DNA of 59,206 nucleotides, filler included, from Sphacelaria rigidula (taxonomy: Eukaryota), in NCBI GenBank assembly GCA_964200075.2. It is 8 parts of 8 records of this genome, joined end to end, with 100 filler letters (N's around TTAATTAATTAA, not from the genome) between each part and the next. Parts side by side here need not be neighbours in the genome. Positions count along the whole stretch, not along the records: positions 1 to 7,314 come from CAXNAA020015487.1; positions 7,415 to 14,728 come from CAXNAA020015488.1; 6 more parts are not named here. One strand, written 5' to 3'. The notes under the pieces were generated by a model. The model ran no database searches. It saw only the letters and a program-made list of their open reading frames with translations, and was not told where the DNA came from. The translations under genes and the position numbers were made by a program. Below, piece after piece: positions 1 to 12,357 of the stretch (its first letter is position 1; each line of letters opens with the position of its first letter).

Positions 1-101
1 CGGAAGGGGGGCGTGGTTAATGGGCCCCCCACCAAAGCCAGCCAAGGCAGACACAGCCCCCCCCCCCCCCTTTCCCCGCCGCCTTGCTACCCCGAGCTCA
101 G

Positions 102-1645
102 GTGTTGGTACGAGAGGAGGATCATCTTTCGTGGCGAGTACTTCCTGTGGGGGTGGTGACGGCAATGAAGAGCACTACCGATCAGATACTATTCAGAGCC
201 CACGCAACGCACTTTTTCCAGTTTGCCCTGGGGAAACTCGTCAACAGGCCTGCGCCGAACCCGCTACGCTTACCGATTGACGTCAGCGCCCTGCGGCCCC
301 GGTTCGCGGACGATGACGACACCGACTGGTCAGACCGATCCGAGGTTGCCATATACAACGCGGTAGAAACGGGCACGCTTTTGACGGTGGTAGCCGTCAC
401 TAGCCTAGGTGTGTGTGAGTGGCCAACAGAGCAGGGACGGAGGGCGGGCGTACCCCACTTCCTCTGCGGGAAAGAGATCGCTTCTGCGCAGACCGCCCAC
501 GTGCCTCCGGGCGGGAGCGCTAAGCTTGCCTCAGGCACAGGCTCGATCGAACAAGTGAGTTGCAGAATAACAGCAGGGTAAGCGGGAGGGGCTGGGACGA
601 GGGGCGGGATGTCCTGCTGTACGTCGGGGTTCTGTTGCGTATCGTTTGGTTGTTTGCGATCGACACAAATCGCGGACTACTCCGACGGTGACGGTCGATG
701 AGCATCCAGAGGGCAACCAAGGAGCCACATAACCCAATCAGTGCACTCTGCCTCGAGTATTCGGCTGTCGCCGATCTATCGGTGTGCGATAGACATGGAC
801 ATGGGCTGACCGGGTTTCCCTGCCGCGAGGGAAGGATATCGTTGCGATATGATCGTTGAGCACAGTATGGCACACAGTGGACACAGTTGCCCCAGAGTAC
901 ATCGAGAGGCGCCGGGCTTAACGAGAAATCCCGGTCGCGATGGCAACTCTGCGATGTCGATGTCGATATCTCACAGTAGTCGGGGCTCTACCCGCCGCAG
1001 ATATGGCGAGAGCTGCAGAAGATATTGTCAGTCGACGTCTTCAGGATATTCTCCAACGCAACTGTAGTTGAAATACGTCAACTTGAGGTCTTGTGGAACC
1101 CCTCTCTTCAAGTCATTCCTACAACGGGCTGCATAAGGCTATATTTCAGGGGGGGAAACTCTGTATACGAGGTACGTCTCGACGAGGCGTACGAATATAC
1201 AAAAAACTGATTTCTCAACTTTAAATTCCGATTTGAAATCACACGACATCTGCAACATAACGGGACGAGACAGAGGAGTTTATCGCCACGCTTGATCCCT
1301 CTCGATTTGATTCGATTCAATGGATCTTATGGTTGCTATGATTTTGATCGCTTCACGATTCCTGCTGCATATATACACCATCATCCCCCTCCTCCCCCAC
1401 AATAGGTGACGGTGATCATAGCGACAGTGGACGCCCACGAGGTGACAGTATGGGGAGCGGAACAACTCGAGGGTGGGCAACGCATGGCGATACTCAATCC
1501 GTTCTTCGATGGGGGAACTCCGCTGCTTGGCCCGGAGGCCTTGGACGGACGGAAAGCGATAGCCAAGCAAGTCATGCAGATGTACAGCCATGCCGCCCGC
1601 TCGGTGCCGCCCGTTAGAGCCGCCGGCATGGCGCCGCTGGCGTAG
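102..1645 (+). CDS. 3' part of a spliced host gene (exons 102-554, 1001-1171, 1406-1645); hypothetical protein beginning with what resembles the C-terminal end of a ZU5-like domain
   Basis: All junctions are phase 0 and join in frame: CAG|GTG (102), CAA|GTGAGT (554), CAG|ATA (1001), GAG|GTACGT (1171), TAG|GTG (1406), stop TAG 1643-1645. 'VLVREEDHLSWRVLP...RAHATHFFQFALG' resembles the ZU5 end motif W..L...HFS.FAL (inference). Confidence 0.65.
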
Positions 1646-2148
1646 TCTTCGATTACGTTGTAAGATTACTCAAGGGTGCGGCAGTTCTGCACTTGAAGAT
1701 CTGACCCAGGTTTCACGGAGAGTTGTCAGCGGACACAGCGGTTGTGCACAGCAACTCCGTTTTTGGTTTTTGACTTTGCCGTATCTCGAAACCGTTCGTA
1801 TCCCCCGTGTTGAGATAAAGTTCACCCCTGTAAGCTCTTGGTGAGTGGTGAGTTGTCTGGTGTTACCGCGGTGCTGTAGCCTGTTTGCGGCCACAGCCTT
1901 TTTGCTGTTCTGAAGGAGGTTCGAAGCCTTCGGCTGGAGTCTACGCACCCATTTTCGACGTGGTGAAGAAGGCCCGCGCAACAAGTATTGCCTTTGTACA
2001 GCTAAGTGCTTCCTCTATCGCTGTGTATGTGTAGATGGAGATAATTTTGAGTGCCGTCTCTTGCCATCGTTCTGAGAGGGGAGTGTTTCACGGGGTCCAT
2101 AGTGAATATGGCTCGGTGTAGAAAGAAGGGTGGGTGGGGGGGGAGGGG

Positions 2149-2212
2149 TTCTCATTTGTTGCTTGCCTTCGTCGTTTGATCATTGACCACGCATCCTTTT
2201 CGAAACGGAGCA
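2149..2212 (-). mobile_element. ~65-nt retrocopy of the 3' end of the C-tract-associated LINE
   Basis: Matches TGCTCCGTCTCGAAAGGGATGCGTGGTCAATGGTCAAACGACTAAGGCAAGCAACAAATGAG; its 3' end abuts the G-rich tract at 2128-2148. Confidence 0.8.
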
Positions 2213-2280
2213 TAGGCGTGTACCAGGGAGAGATGGGGTGATCCCCTGAGACCACGGACTCGTCCAGAAGGGTTGTGGGC

Positions 2281-2346
2281 CGTTCTCATGTGTTGCTTGC
2301 TCTAGTCGTTCGACCATTGACCACGCATCCCTTTCGAGACGGAGCA
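2281..2346 (-). mobile_element. Second ~65-nt retrocopy of the same LINE 3' end
   Basis: Same sequence and same 5' truncation point as 2149-2212, 30250-30316 and 37068-37134. Confidence 0.8.
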
Positions 2347-4854
2347 AGGGAGCAAGGGTGGGTCGTTTTGTTGTGTATAAATTTGGGTGAAGATGACGTA
2401 TGATGTGCATGGGGATGTATATTAGATTTTTTCGGTGGAAACGCGTAGCGTAACTACAGATAGTGTTACCCTAGACCAAGAAGTACGATATAGAGAACAG
2501 AACGTTGGTGCGCGTCTCGTTCGAACCCTAGAGCTCAATACTATGGATATTTACCACACTTTACTACTACTTCTCCGTGGTACATGGCCAAGTGCTGGGA
2601 CACCGAACTCCTGTGCGGCGTCTGTGAACATCGTTCACGCAGACGGATGTGACCCAGGGTGATGAAGCGCTCGCGGCGCGTAATGATGGTGGGAATGAGC
2701 GAGCTGAGCAAGCTGTTTTCGGTGGCTATGTTTTTTTTTTTGCGGTGCGGCCTCCCTGTTGATGCGTGACTGCTGGATGTCGAGGTTCGGTACCTTATCT
2801 CGTATGGTGCGCGTGTCCACTACTCTTTTGCTGTAAGTTGATGTAAGCTACGAGTCGGAGGCAGGACAAGATATGCACGGGCCATTCTTACTTGTTGCCA
2901 GTGTGGGTATGCCAACAGACGTTGTTGGCGAGTCTTGACTTTCCGAGTATTCCCATGCTTCGTGTAGCGACTGAACTCAGTGCGCACTAGATGGGTGTTG
3001 TTTTCATGCCTCTTCCTTGCTTGTCGGGTGCGGCCGTTGTTTTTCCTCGCGTTGTGCGCTTTTCATGGTGCCGTACATCGTGATGGCGTTGTATCAGATT
3101 CGCTTTTCTTGTGAACCAACGTTCCCCCTCTGCGAAGCTGTTGCGTTGATCATACGAGTATTCGTAACATTGTATATATCACGGACGGGCTCGTGTAACC
3201 ACCGTGCTCGTACTGTGAAGATATTGTTTTCTCTTGTCGAGGGTGAGCGTTAAGAGTTGCACACGTTGGATAATGGCAATATACCATACTGTCAAAAAGT
3301 GTACTGCGTGCAGAATGGAATCTGTTGTCTATTGCGATGGACGCGATGATAGTCGATACTGTACGCAGTATATATTTTTTTACAATAAATCAAGTCTTTA
3401 GTACAGGGTGTGAAGAGTTGATGAACAAGAAAGTATGCTTTGGAAAAATTGGAAAAGTAAAACGGAAGAACCGTCATCATTGCGTTCATTGCCTCTTTCT
3501 TGGTGCTGCATCTCCGCAATTACATCGTTTTAGTAAAATTTTCCTTGGAACCGATGTTTCCTGTCTGCGAGGCTGCGACGTTGACCGTATTTGTAACCTG
3601 TAGTCATAGTGTTCCATAATATATACTTGTAGTCGTAGTGTTTTCAGAAATGGTGCCACCTTGATGCCGTGATCGACGCGCATTCGGTACGCTAGCCCCG
3701 TGCGGCGGCATTATGGCTTGGTGTCGTCTCGAATTTCGTGATCGCCCATTCCACACGTCGATCTGGCATCGTCAGTCCACCCATGGGGTATTCAAGGAAA
3801 TATACTTTTACGAGAAATACACGCCGGCAGCGTCGCCTTGTCCCTGGCCCACGTGTCTCACCAAGCCCATGTCGGCGACCCTGGGTACATATGGTGGTTT
3901 GCTCACTTGAGTGTGACGTGCCAAGCACATCCAGCAGGTTTCAAGATGACATTTATTATGCTGATGTTCTCCCCCACACATGCCGGCGTTGCCGTGGTGT
4001 TGGATGTGGATGTCGTGCGAATGTCGTCGCGACGAAGATCTCCAACTTGCCTCGCATTACATCCAAGGCTGTAGCGCCATGCTAACACACCTCACGGGTT
4101 GATTCCATGGCAAGTGTGTTCAAGTTCAACACTTGGTTCTCATCAGTGCACAGGCGACCGTGAAAAGTTAGGAGCTACTGCGAGTCGTCGGAGCCGCTGC
4201 CCCTGCCTCTGGTCAGACGACAGTGATACGCAAAAACTCATCGTTAACTGTAGCGCTGATACCGTGAGATCTACATTTGACCTATCTTGCTACATTTGTG
4301 GGTATAAAACCTAACTAACGGCTACACCGCCTCTTGCCGATTTTCGTGTGCAGTTTCGTATATACCCACCATCACCCGCTCACCTTCCTCTATCTTGCAC
4401 CATGGATGGGCCCATTTCTTGTAGCAGGACATCATGTCAGCACTCCCTCTCAACCACCGTTACTGCAATGCCTTGCTGGACACGTTACGTGTGCACAGCC
4501 TTTAGAACAGGCTCTCAGCCGTCTTGTATGATTTTTTCTCCGTGTCTCTTCCCCTGTACACCACACCGTTTACCCTGACCTACTACTGACAGAGCGTCGA
4601 AATGGGAAGGAGTCGCCATTGTACATAAGGGATACCAGACCAGCTGCACCACCAGGACACAACACACTTTCACTGATGCGAATTCGGGTAGACTCTTGTC
4701 CGCACCCTCACCCCAGAGAGGACGGGAACGGTGCCGACAGAAAAACGGCAAAAAAACATTCCCCATCGATCACCGCTACGACTCTTCAACCATGTGTCAT
4801 CATAACAAGCTTTTTGTTCACAAATCCCCGAATTCTCCTTCCGTCAGCGATGTA

Positions 4855-6800
4855 TCACTGCGACTGTGATAATGGCTGTGACTGTGACTGGCTGCCAAGT
4901 AGCGACTCATCGTCATGACTATCATCATCATCATCATCATCATCATCGCTGTCTCCTGTCCGTTGTCCTCCCGGAGGCTTCTTGATGAAAGCAGACAGAG
5001 TGCCCTGATGACCCGTTTTAACGGCGTACGGCGTGAGCTTGCTCTTCATCATGTCCAGCAGAGTCTTGCACTGCCATCATACATAAAAAAAGGAACGGGT
5101 ACACAAGGGTCCTTATTTGTTTAATGCATGCCATGAACAAAGCTCAAGTAGAACGAGGGTCACAGGTGCGGAACACCGAATGGGACACAGGCATGATTAC
5201 GAGGATCTAGCTTGGTCTCACGAACCACCCGCCGGCCGACTTTTCTGCAGTACAAGCCGTGCCTCACTGACAAAAAGCTCATGCGCCACAAGATGTGTCT
5301 CGAAAGTTAAATATGTGCGGGAAAATGACGTGCGGGTGATTTTGTTCCTCGTGTCGGCGTCGCCCGACTGACTGCCATACTCGTTTGTCGCGCACAAAGG
5401 TCATCTGTATTGCAATTTGGGAAAATAACGACGATATCAACCATTTTCATGGCAGAAATCAGGCGAGTAATTTGAAGTTTTGTGACTACTGTACAAAAAG
5501 CCAGTGAAGACAGTTGAGTACCAGTGCCGTACTATCACAATCATGGATCTACGGGTGAAACCGTGTGTACCATCACTCCTCAAATTGAGCTTTCAACGCG
5601 CGTGCTACACGATGAAAACATCCCCAATCACGCTCATATTCGGAGCGATGGCGCAGAAAACACATTGCGACCGCGCCGATTCTTCGATCAGCGCCAATGT
5701 ACAGCTCATGAAACGAAAGAGCGTGGACTGTACATTTACCATAGTGGGAAACCGAGGACATCCAAATGTATTTCTAGGATGTGTGCAGGTGGGTGTTCTG
5801 TTCATTCTTCCCATCCTCTGGGAGGGGACTGACAGCAAATTGAGAAAACTGCGGCAGAATCCTGCTTTGGATAACATATGGAGCTATCAGTAACCAGATG
5901 GCAACGGTTAACCGAGGCGAGCCAAACTTACCATCTGGATGTAACCCTGCATGACATCCCGCATTTGCTTGTTGAGGAGATCCAGCATATCGAGCAACCT
6001 CTTGCATTCCCAATAGTCTGGCCGTCCGGTCTCCGAAACGGCCAACGCTCCTGCCGACATCTCGTTAGCAAGCGCAACCACTGCGTATTGCCGCTGGTAT
6101 CCTTTCGAGCTGTCATCCTGACCGCGGAGGGGCAGGAAAATCGGTGGCGAGGTAAAAACAATGTTAAAAACACTCGTGACCGGGACATGCCGTCGTTAAA
6201 AACGAGTTTGGTGCAGTATATGAACCGTCATTACATCCCCCCAAAAGAAGTGGAGGAAAAGCTGCTACTTCAGAGATGGTATTTGGCGCGTCTGGGGGGT
6301 AGGGTACATAGAGTAGAGCTAGTCGGGTATTTATCGCGAAGCCCAACTGTGGCCCTACGCGTACGCACGTACCACCCACCAGCAGGGCTTTGGTTTGACT
6401 TGTATAGTGTGGTGCAGATCAAGAAGAAATGGAGCAGGAGGAAAAGTCGCTCTCAATTGCTCCCTCACCGTGAACGGCTTTCCGGTGTATTTTTTCACGA
6501 CTCAAATAGCACACCTGTCTGCGCAACATACATGTGAAACACCGTATGTAAAACTCGCCGGAGGGCGAGAGCTAGGCCATAGCTACACCAATTTTGACCT
6601 TCACAAGGGGGACTGTAACGGTGGTTCTCCCGTGAGCCACCACCCCCTCCCGCCCCCCTTCCCCTGCCACCGATCTTTCGGGGCGAAACACGGATTTCTC
6701 ACCACTCAGGTAACGCCTAGGCGACACTTTTTGTTGGATTAAAACATAGTACGACTTCGATGTGGTGAAAATAACATGGTACCATGCGTAATACCTTCCT
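4855..6800 (-). pseudogene. Degenerate multi-exon gene, candidate Zisupton/MULE-like DDE transposase
   Basis: Clean phase-0 exon 6117-5932 (CAG...ATG|GTAAGT; DDSSKGYQRQ...MQGYIQM) and terminal exon 5070-4855 (CKTLLDMMK...poly-Asp...SQ*). Upstream pieces read FTTSKS...RRY and DRC(*)...LRATFPPAPFLLDLHHTIQ, with an in-frame stop. Confidence 0.4.
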
Positions 6801-7314
6801 TCCGCCCTCACCCTCTGACTTGTCTTTGGAGGTTTTCGGGCTATGGCTACTTAACATGACCAGCTACGACATCCTTTGTTTTCAGAGTGAGACAAACGTC
6901 TCGACGTGTACCCCCATCAACATAGACTCTTTTCTTCGCACCTGGTTCGATCATATTGTATTTGCCTTGTTCAAAAAATAAAATCACCCATCCATCCTCA
7001 ATCATTCAACCATCCATCCTCGAACAATCTTTAATTAATTAATATATATATTGCATGGATGAATGTTACAAATGTGGTATCGCTTTTGTTTTTGGGATTT
7101 TTAAAAAGGTATACAAGGGGGTTTTCGTCTGTTGGGTTTCTGGTACAGACAATTGTTTGTTGTGGATGCTACGTACAGATGGCAAATCTCATGTTTTCAT
7201 GGTTGATTCTAGGACACTCTGAACAGATTCTGTTTTTGCTGATAGCGGTATGCCGTGTGTAGGCTAGGCATGCCCTGTCTGTTGTGCTTCCATGACGATG
7301 CTACTTGACCAAAA

Positions 7315-7414
7315 NNNNNNNNNNNNNNNNNNNNNNNNNNNNNNNNNNNNNNNNNNNNTTAATTAATTAANNNNNNNNNNNNNNNNNNNNNNNNNNNNNN
7401 NNNNNNNNNNNNNN
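7315..7414. other. Artificial contig spacer (N44-TTAATTAATTAA-N44)
   Basis: Identical 100-nt spacer with stops in all six frames, recurring every 7413-7414 nt. Confidence 0.98.
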
Positions 7415-10400
7415 CATCACGGGCACATGGACTTCAGCAGCTTTAGTTATTCATGTATTAACCCTTAGCATAGCACAGGAAAACAGGACCATAGCCTCTC
7501 TCCACCAGAGTAGCAAAACCAAGCCTCACGTCATGGAGGTCACCTACCACAGAGTCCGGCAATCAGACCCGCAACTTCACCTACACAATGTGGCTAGAGT
7601 CTACAGATCTCAGCAACATCCAGTGCTTTGTATGCGACAAATACGGGCATCGTCGCAACACATGCCCTAAACCTCTGCGACAGAGATCACAGGATCACCA
7701 ACAACAGCAGAGGCAAAAGAAGAAGTACTGGAAGAAAGGAGGAGACGGAATTCCAAGTGGTGTTCTTTACGCGAGACAGAAAGTTACAGCGACGAGCAGT
7801 GCTTCAAGCAGAAGGCTACAAAGAAGGAAAAAGCTAGCAGCATCAACTCCGCCAACATCAGCAGCACGCGAATCGCCCAGACAGCAGAACTCGAACAGCC
7901 AACATTTGGGTTTTCCTTCACATATGTCGGGACTACGCTCGCGAACGTGGCGGAGGAGTCCAAGAAGCTGGAAGAGCCCGACAAGTCAGTCTTCGTTCTT
8001 GGACTGGCGCCGGAAAAAACACTTGAGCAACGGACTGTAGATACTCGGGGGTTCTTTGGGACGATTGGCGAAGTTCCGGATGGGGAGTCATACGTGGCTA
8101 CGCCAACGGCTTTGTGCTCGGTGGGGCACAATGGGGACGGCATCAACAGCATATCCCTGATCATGCTGGTGGATAGCGGTGCATCTGCACACTACCTGGA
8201 CAGCGAGCTCGCTCCCGAAATTCAACGCCGGGTGACAAACCTAGCGAAACTGAAGAAGTCTCACAGGATTGTTACCGCTGGTAAACACATCGTGGAAGGC
8301 GTCGCAACGGGCACCATTTCTGGTACTGTCACCGACCGAGACGGCGGGAAGCACCTGGTTTCACTCTCGGTCATCACAATGCCTGGTCTGGGACGGCACC
8401 TTTTTTCAGTAGCTGCAGCATCAAACATGGGGGCTGTCACCATTTTCAACTCTGTTCAATCGCGCCTAAAGATGGGAAGCATCACTCTGCCATTGAAACG
8501 GCTTGGGGGCGATGGGTTGTTGTACTCCTTTAAGTTGGATCTGGGGGTTGTAACAACGGGAACGGCCATCCGAGCAGAGTCAGCTAACCTGTGGCACCGG
8601 CGTTTGGGACACGTCAACCGCAGGAGTCTGGATGCTTTGAAGAAGGTGGACGGCAATGGCGTCAACTACGACGGGGACGTGCCAGCTTGCGATGTCTGTG
8701 CCATCGGGAAAAGCACACAGCAATCTCGCCCCAAGGAAGCTACCTACAAGGTCACCCGTCCCTTTCAACTAGTCTACACCGAACTTATGGGGCCGATCAC
8801 TTCTCCGGCGTTTTGGGGCTACAACTACATCAGCACGTTCACCGACCAGGTGACCAAGTGGAAGGAGATATTCCTCATCAAGGACAAAAGCGATTCCCTT
8901 GACTCTCTCAAAATGTTCGTGCAAGCGCTCGTAGTTCCCAGTGAGTTGCGAGTCGAGCGCCTCCGTACGGATAGAGGCGAGTACACCGGTGATGCGTTCA
9001 AGGACTACTGTCATCATCAGACTGGCATCCGACACGAGTTCGCCTCAAGAAACACACCACAGCAGATGGATGCCTGCGAGCGTGACGGGAGGACCCTCGC
9101 CGGGATGGTGCGCTGCCTTCTCACGGACTCCGGCCTGCCGAATTTTCTGTGGGGAGAACTAATGCAAACCGCGGTACACCTAGCAAACCGGGTGCCGCAT
9201 GCAGCACTGGGAAATGTCACGCCGGACAAAAGGTTTTGCGGCAAGAAAACAAACCTTGGACATCTTCGGGTCATCGGGGCCAAGGAGTTTGTTCACGTCG
9301 AAACGCACACCAATAAGCTCGACCCCTAGGCTTGGGAAGGACGGCTCTGTGGGTACAGCATGGAAATCAAGTCTTTTAGGATCTACAATCCAGCAAAGAA
9401 GAACGTGAGGGAGAGCAGGAACGTCATTTTTATCGAGACGCCCTCTACCCTGCGGGCTCCGGAATTGACGGGCGATTTCATAGACACTGGTTTCACCCAC
9501 CAGACCCATGACCAATTTGTGAGAGACGCGAGGAACTACACTTCACGCCCTGACCTCAGTTCGCCGCTCAATCACATTGCGGGGATCGATCGACTAGGAT
9601 CGGATAACGACGGACTTCGGAACATCTTGGAGGAAATCCGCGAAATTACCGCTCTTGATCTGCGCTTACGCGCCGGGTCAGGGCCTGCATAGCCTGGGAA
9701 GAGCTCGCTGGCGGAAGCTATGCCGAGTGGAGAATCGGGAAGAGCATCTTCAAATGCCTCAGAAGAGGTATCTTCGTCTAGTGCGGGAGTTGCCTCTCGT
9801 TCCAAGACGCGGAGCACCCCTTCCGCCCAAACGTCGAGTGCGCCGGGACGCCCGGCGACACGAACCAGCGGTAACCCTCTCGCTAGTCCCAGCACGCCCC
9901 ACGACGGAGTTAGCGCGGCAACTTAGCGCGAACTCAATTAGCTAGCATACTACACCAAGGAGGTGGTGGAGGACGTTGCCCACCACGAGGACGCCCTAAA
10001 TTCCGTAGAAGGCGCCCTCGCCACCACCAATACCCAACTACAATGTCGTTCGGAGGGGAAGTAGGTGACCACAATTCCGAACACCTTCAAGGAGGCTATG
10101 GAGCTACCGGATCACAACACTGGAAAGCGGCGTCCGACAAGAAAATGAGGAGTCTGCAGGAATTTGGGGTCTACTCCTTGGTACCTTCCTCCACATTTCC
10201 TCCGGGAATGCAGGCGATCGGGTCGAGGTGGGTATATAAGATTAAGGCCGACAGAACCAACAAGGGGCGCCTGGTAGCCCAGGGTTGGAGTCAGGTGTCA
10301 GGCAGGGACTGCGGTGGCACTTCCGCTCCGGTATGCAGACTGCAGAGCATCCGCATGGTGCTCGCCACAGTGATGGAGATGAACTGGGAGGTCTACCAGC

Positions 10401-10503
10401 TGGACGTGCAAACGGCGTTTCTTAACGGAGACGTCGAGAAGGAGGTGTATGTCAACATGACACCTGGCTACGAGACCACAGAAAAGACGGAGATTCCGCT
10501 CTT
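7415..10503 (+). mobile_element. Degenerate Ty1/copia LTR retrotransposon internal region: gag knuckle, protease, integrase, N-terminal RT
   Basis: CFVCDKYGHRRNTC zinc knuckle (~7624); protease MLVDSGASAHYL; GAG-pre-integrase LWHRRLGHVN...CDVCAIGK; integrase RPFQLVYTELMGP, RLRTDRG, PQQMDACER; RT IGSRWVYKIK, KGRLVAQG, QLDVQTAFLNG. PR-INT-RT order indicates copia. Stops and frameshifts are present. Confidence 0.95.
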
Positions 10504-11263
10504 AACAGCAACTTGTGCGAATTGAGGTTTAACTCTGAATTGAGGCTCAAGTGGGCAACCCGACTTGCGNNNNNNNNNNCAGAAGTACCGAGGACAAGCT
10601 CTTATTCGGAAGAAGTAATCTGTGGAGGTGAACCCGTTACGCATCATGTTTAGTATCTCGGAGAAACGAGAGAAGTTAGTCGGGTGAGCACTCTTGTTCC
10701 TCTACACCACAGGGAAATAGGTGGCAGCGCACGGATTCCATGCCTTGCGCTAAGCCCCCACCCCCCCTCAGGCTGCGCCAGCGCGAGGACGGCATCCCGA
10801 TCATGCCCGACAGGGTGGAGGGGGTGGGGGTGCTCGTCAGGCATGACTAAGACGGGCACCGTTCGTGTCTTGAGATGGTGGATAGAGACTGGGATAGAGG
10901 CATTCTGTCGGTGACGCATACCACGTTCACGGACACGCTCGTAACGCGTTTTGAGGTGAGGGGATACTCAGAAATCCCTGCCTCTGTTTCTGTCGAGTTG
11001 GGGCCGACAACGCGTGAAGACACAGGGGTGAATCGCCCATACCGTAACGCAGTGGGGGGACTGATGCGGCTGGCAACAGTCACTAGACCTGACATAGCGA
11101 GTTCAGTACGAGCGCTCGCTCGCCAATCACATGATCCGTGCGAGAGCCACTGGGAAGCTGTGGTGAAGGTGCTAAAGTATCGAAATAAGGCAAAGGAGTT
11201 TGGACTTACGTTCAAGAGAGATCATGACAGGCTTTCAGTTTACTGCGATGCAGACTACGCTAA

Positions 11264-12204
11264 GGGCCTTTATTACCGACAAATAAAACAAACGGGAGAA
11301 AGTATGAAATTTCGGCAATCACCTAGGCCTTACTATTATCTAGATCTACTGTTGCTGATAGATGTATCATCACAGATAGTACTGATCTCGACGTTTGCTT
11401 ACCTTCGCCGGCAAAATAAAGGACAGGGTTATGCTACCTGCCCGTCTATGGCGTTCATGACTGTGGTGAACATCTTTCTCGCAACCCCTCTGTGACACAG
11501 GGGGGCAGTTTATGCTACCTGCCCGTCTATGGCGTTCATAACTGTGGTAAACATCTTTCTCGCAACCCCTCTGTGACACAGGGGGGTAGTCGGACAGGCT
11601 AGGGGGTGTTCGACCGGCTCTCTCGGGATGCTGCAGCAACTCACCCGAGTAAAAATACCAACTGTAGAAAGACCCGTGCATAGATTGCAGCATGCTTACT
11701 TTCTGTGAGTTTCATGCACAGATACACCCAAATAAACCACCAGTTATAGACTTTACAGACGGTGCGGTAGCGTACACTCGTAGCAGCACTGCAGGCAAGT
11801 GGGTAGCCACTGGACTGTTTCCGCTCTTCACTTCAAAAGTGCATATGTCTGCAAACGATGACCACCGTGCTTGACCCCAACAGCTCCAACACCGCTGCCG
11901 CGGCACACACCGTCTAAAGAGATAGATACCATCAACGCGCGGTGCCTTTTACTCTACAACATTGCCCAGGATGTCACTAGCAAGGTTCCTGATGATTATC
12001 GCATGCTTGCGAGCGCCACGGCGTGCGCCAAGGGCAGCTCTGCAGAGTATTGTGCTGCGGTCCGAAATAATCGGCGGTCGCCAAACGTGAAGGCTTGGCG
12101 AAACAATCCAGCAGCTTCATTTTTGGAGAACGCCAAGCGCAAGGTGCGAAAATGCAAAAAAATCTTGGCGATATCCGAAAAAACTGTGTCGGTAATAACG
12201 GCCC
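11264..12204. mobile_element. 941-bp non-autonomous PIF/Harbinger-like (Tourist-type) element
   Basis: 18-bp TIRs GGGCC(T/G)TTATTACCGACA; TAA duplication at 11261-11263 and 12205-12207; precise insertion into copia RNase H. Confidence 0.9.
11429..11590 (+). repeat. Two tandem 81-bp units inside the Harbinger-like element
   Basis: TTATGCTACCTGCCCGTCTATGGCG...TGACACAGGGGGG starts at 11429 and again at 11510; the copies are nearly identical. Confidence 0.95.
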
Positions 12205-12357
12205 TAAGAAGAAAACAAATAGGCGTTCGGTCTCAGGGGTAGCTGTGATGTACGGTGGCGTGGTAGTGTCTGCAACGAGCCGCACGCAACACTGTGTGAC
12301 TTTGTCAACCACGGAGGCAGAGTATGTCGCAATAGCCGAGGGGGCAAAGGAGGGAAT

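Larger units (their letters stand above)
10860..12357 (+). mobile_element. Copia RT C-terminus and RNase H fragment, interrupted by a DNA element; probably a different copia family from 7415-10503
   Basis: PYRNAVGGLMRLATVTRPDIA...YCDADYAK joined to KKTNRRSVSG...TLSTTEAEYVA. The frame is restored when 11264-12207 is removed. Confidence 0.9.

Noticed and set aside
7031-7042. TTAATTAATTAA without flanking Ns
   Set aside because: It lies in an AT-rich low-complexity patch and is probably a chance match.
11429-11590. CRISPR-like array here or at 30940-33050
   Set aside because: The repeats are contiguous or degenerate without unique spacers; there are no cas genes and the context is eukaryotic.
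7415-12357. A single continuous copia element
   Set aside because: The central RT including YVDD is missing, unrelated sequence and an N gap intervene (10504-10859), and the downstream piece looks like a different family.
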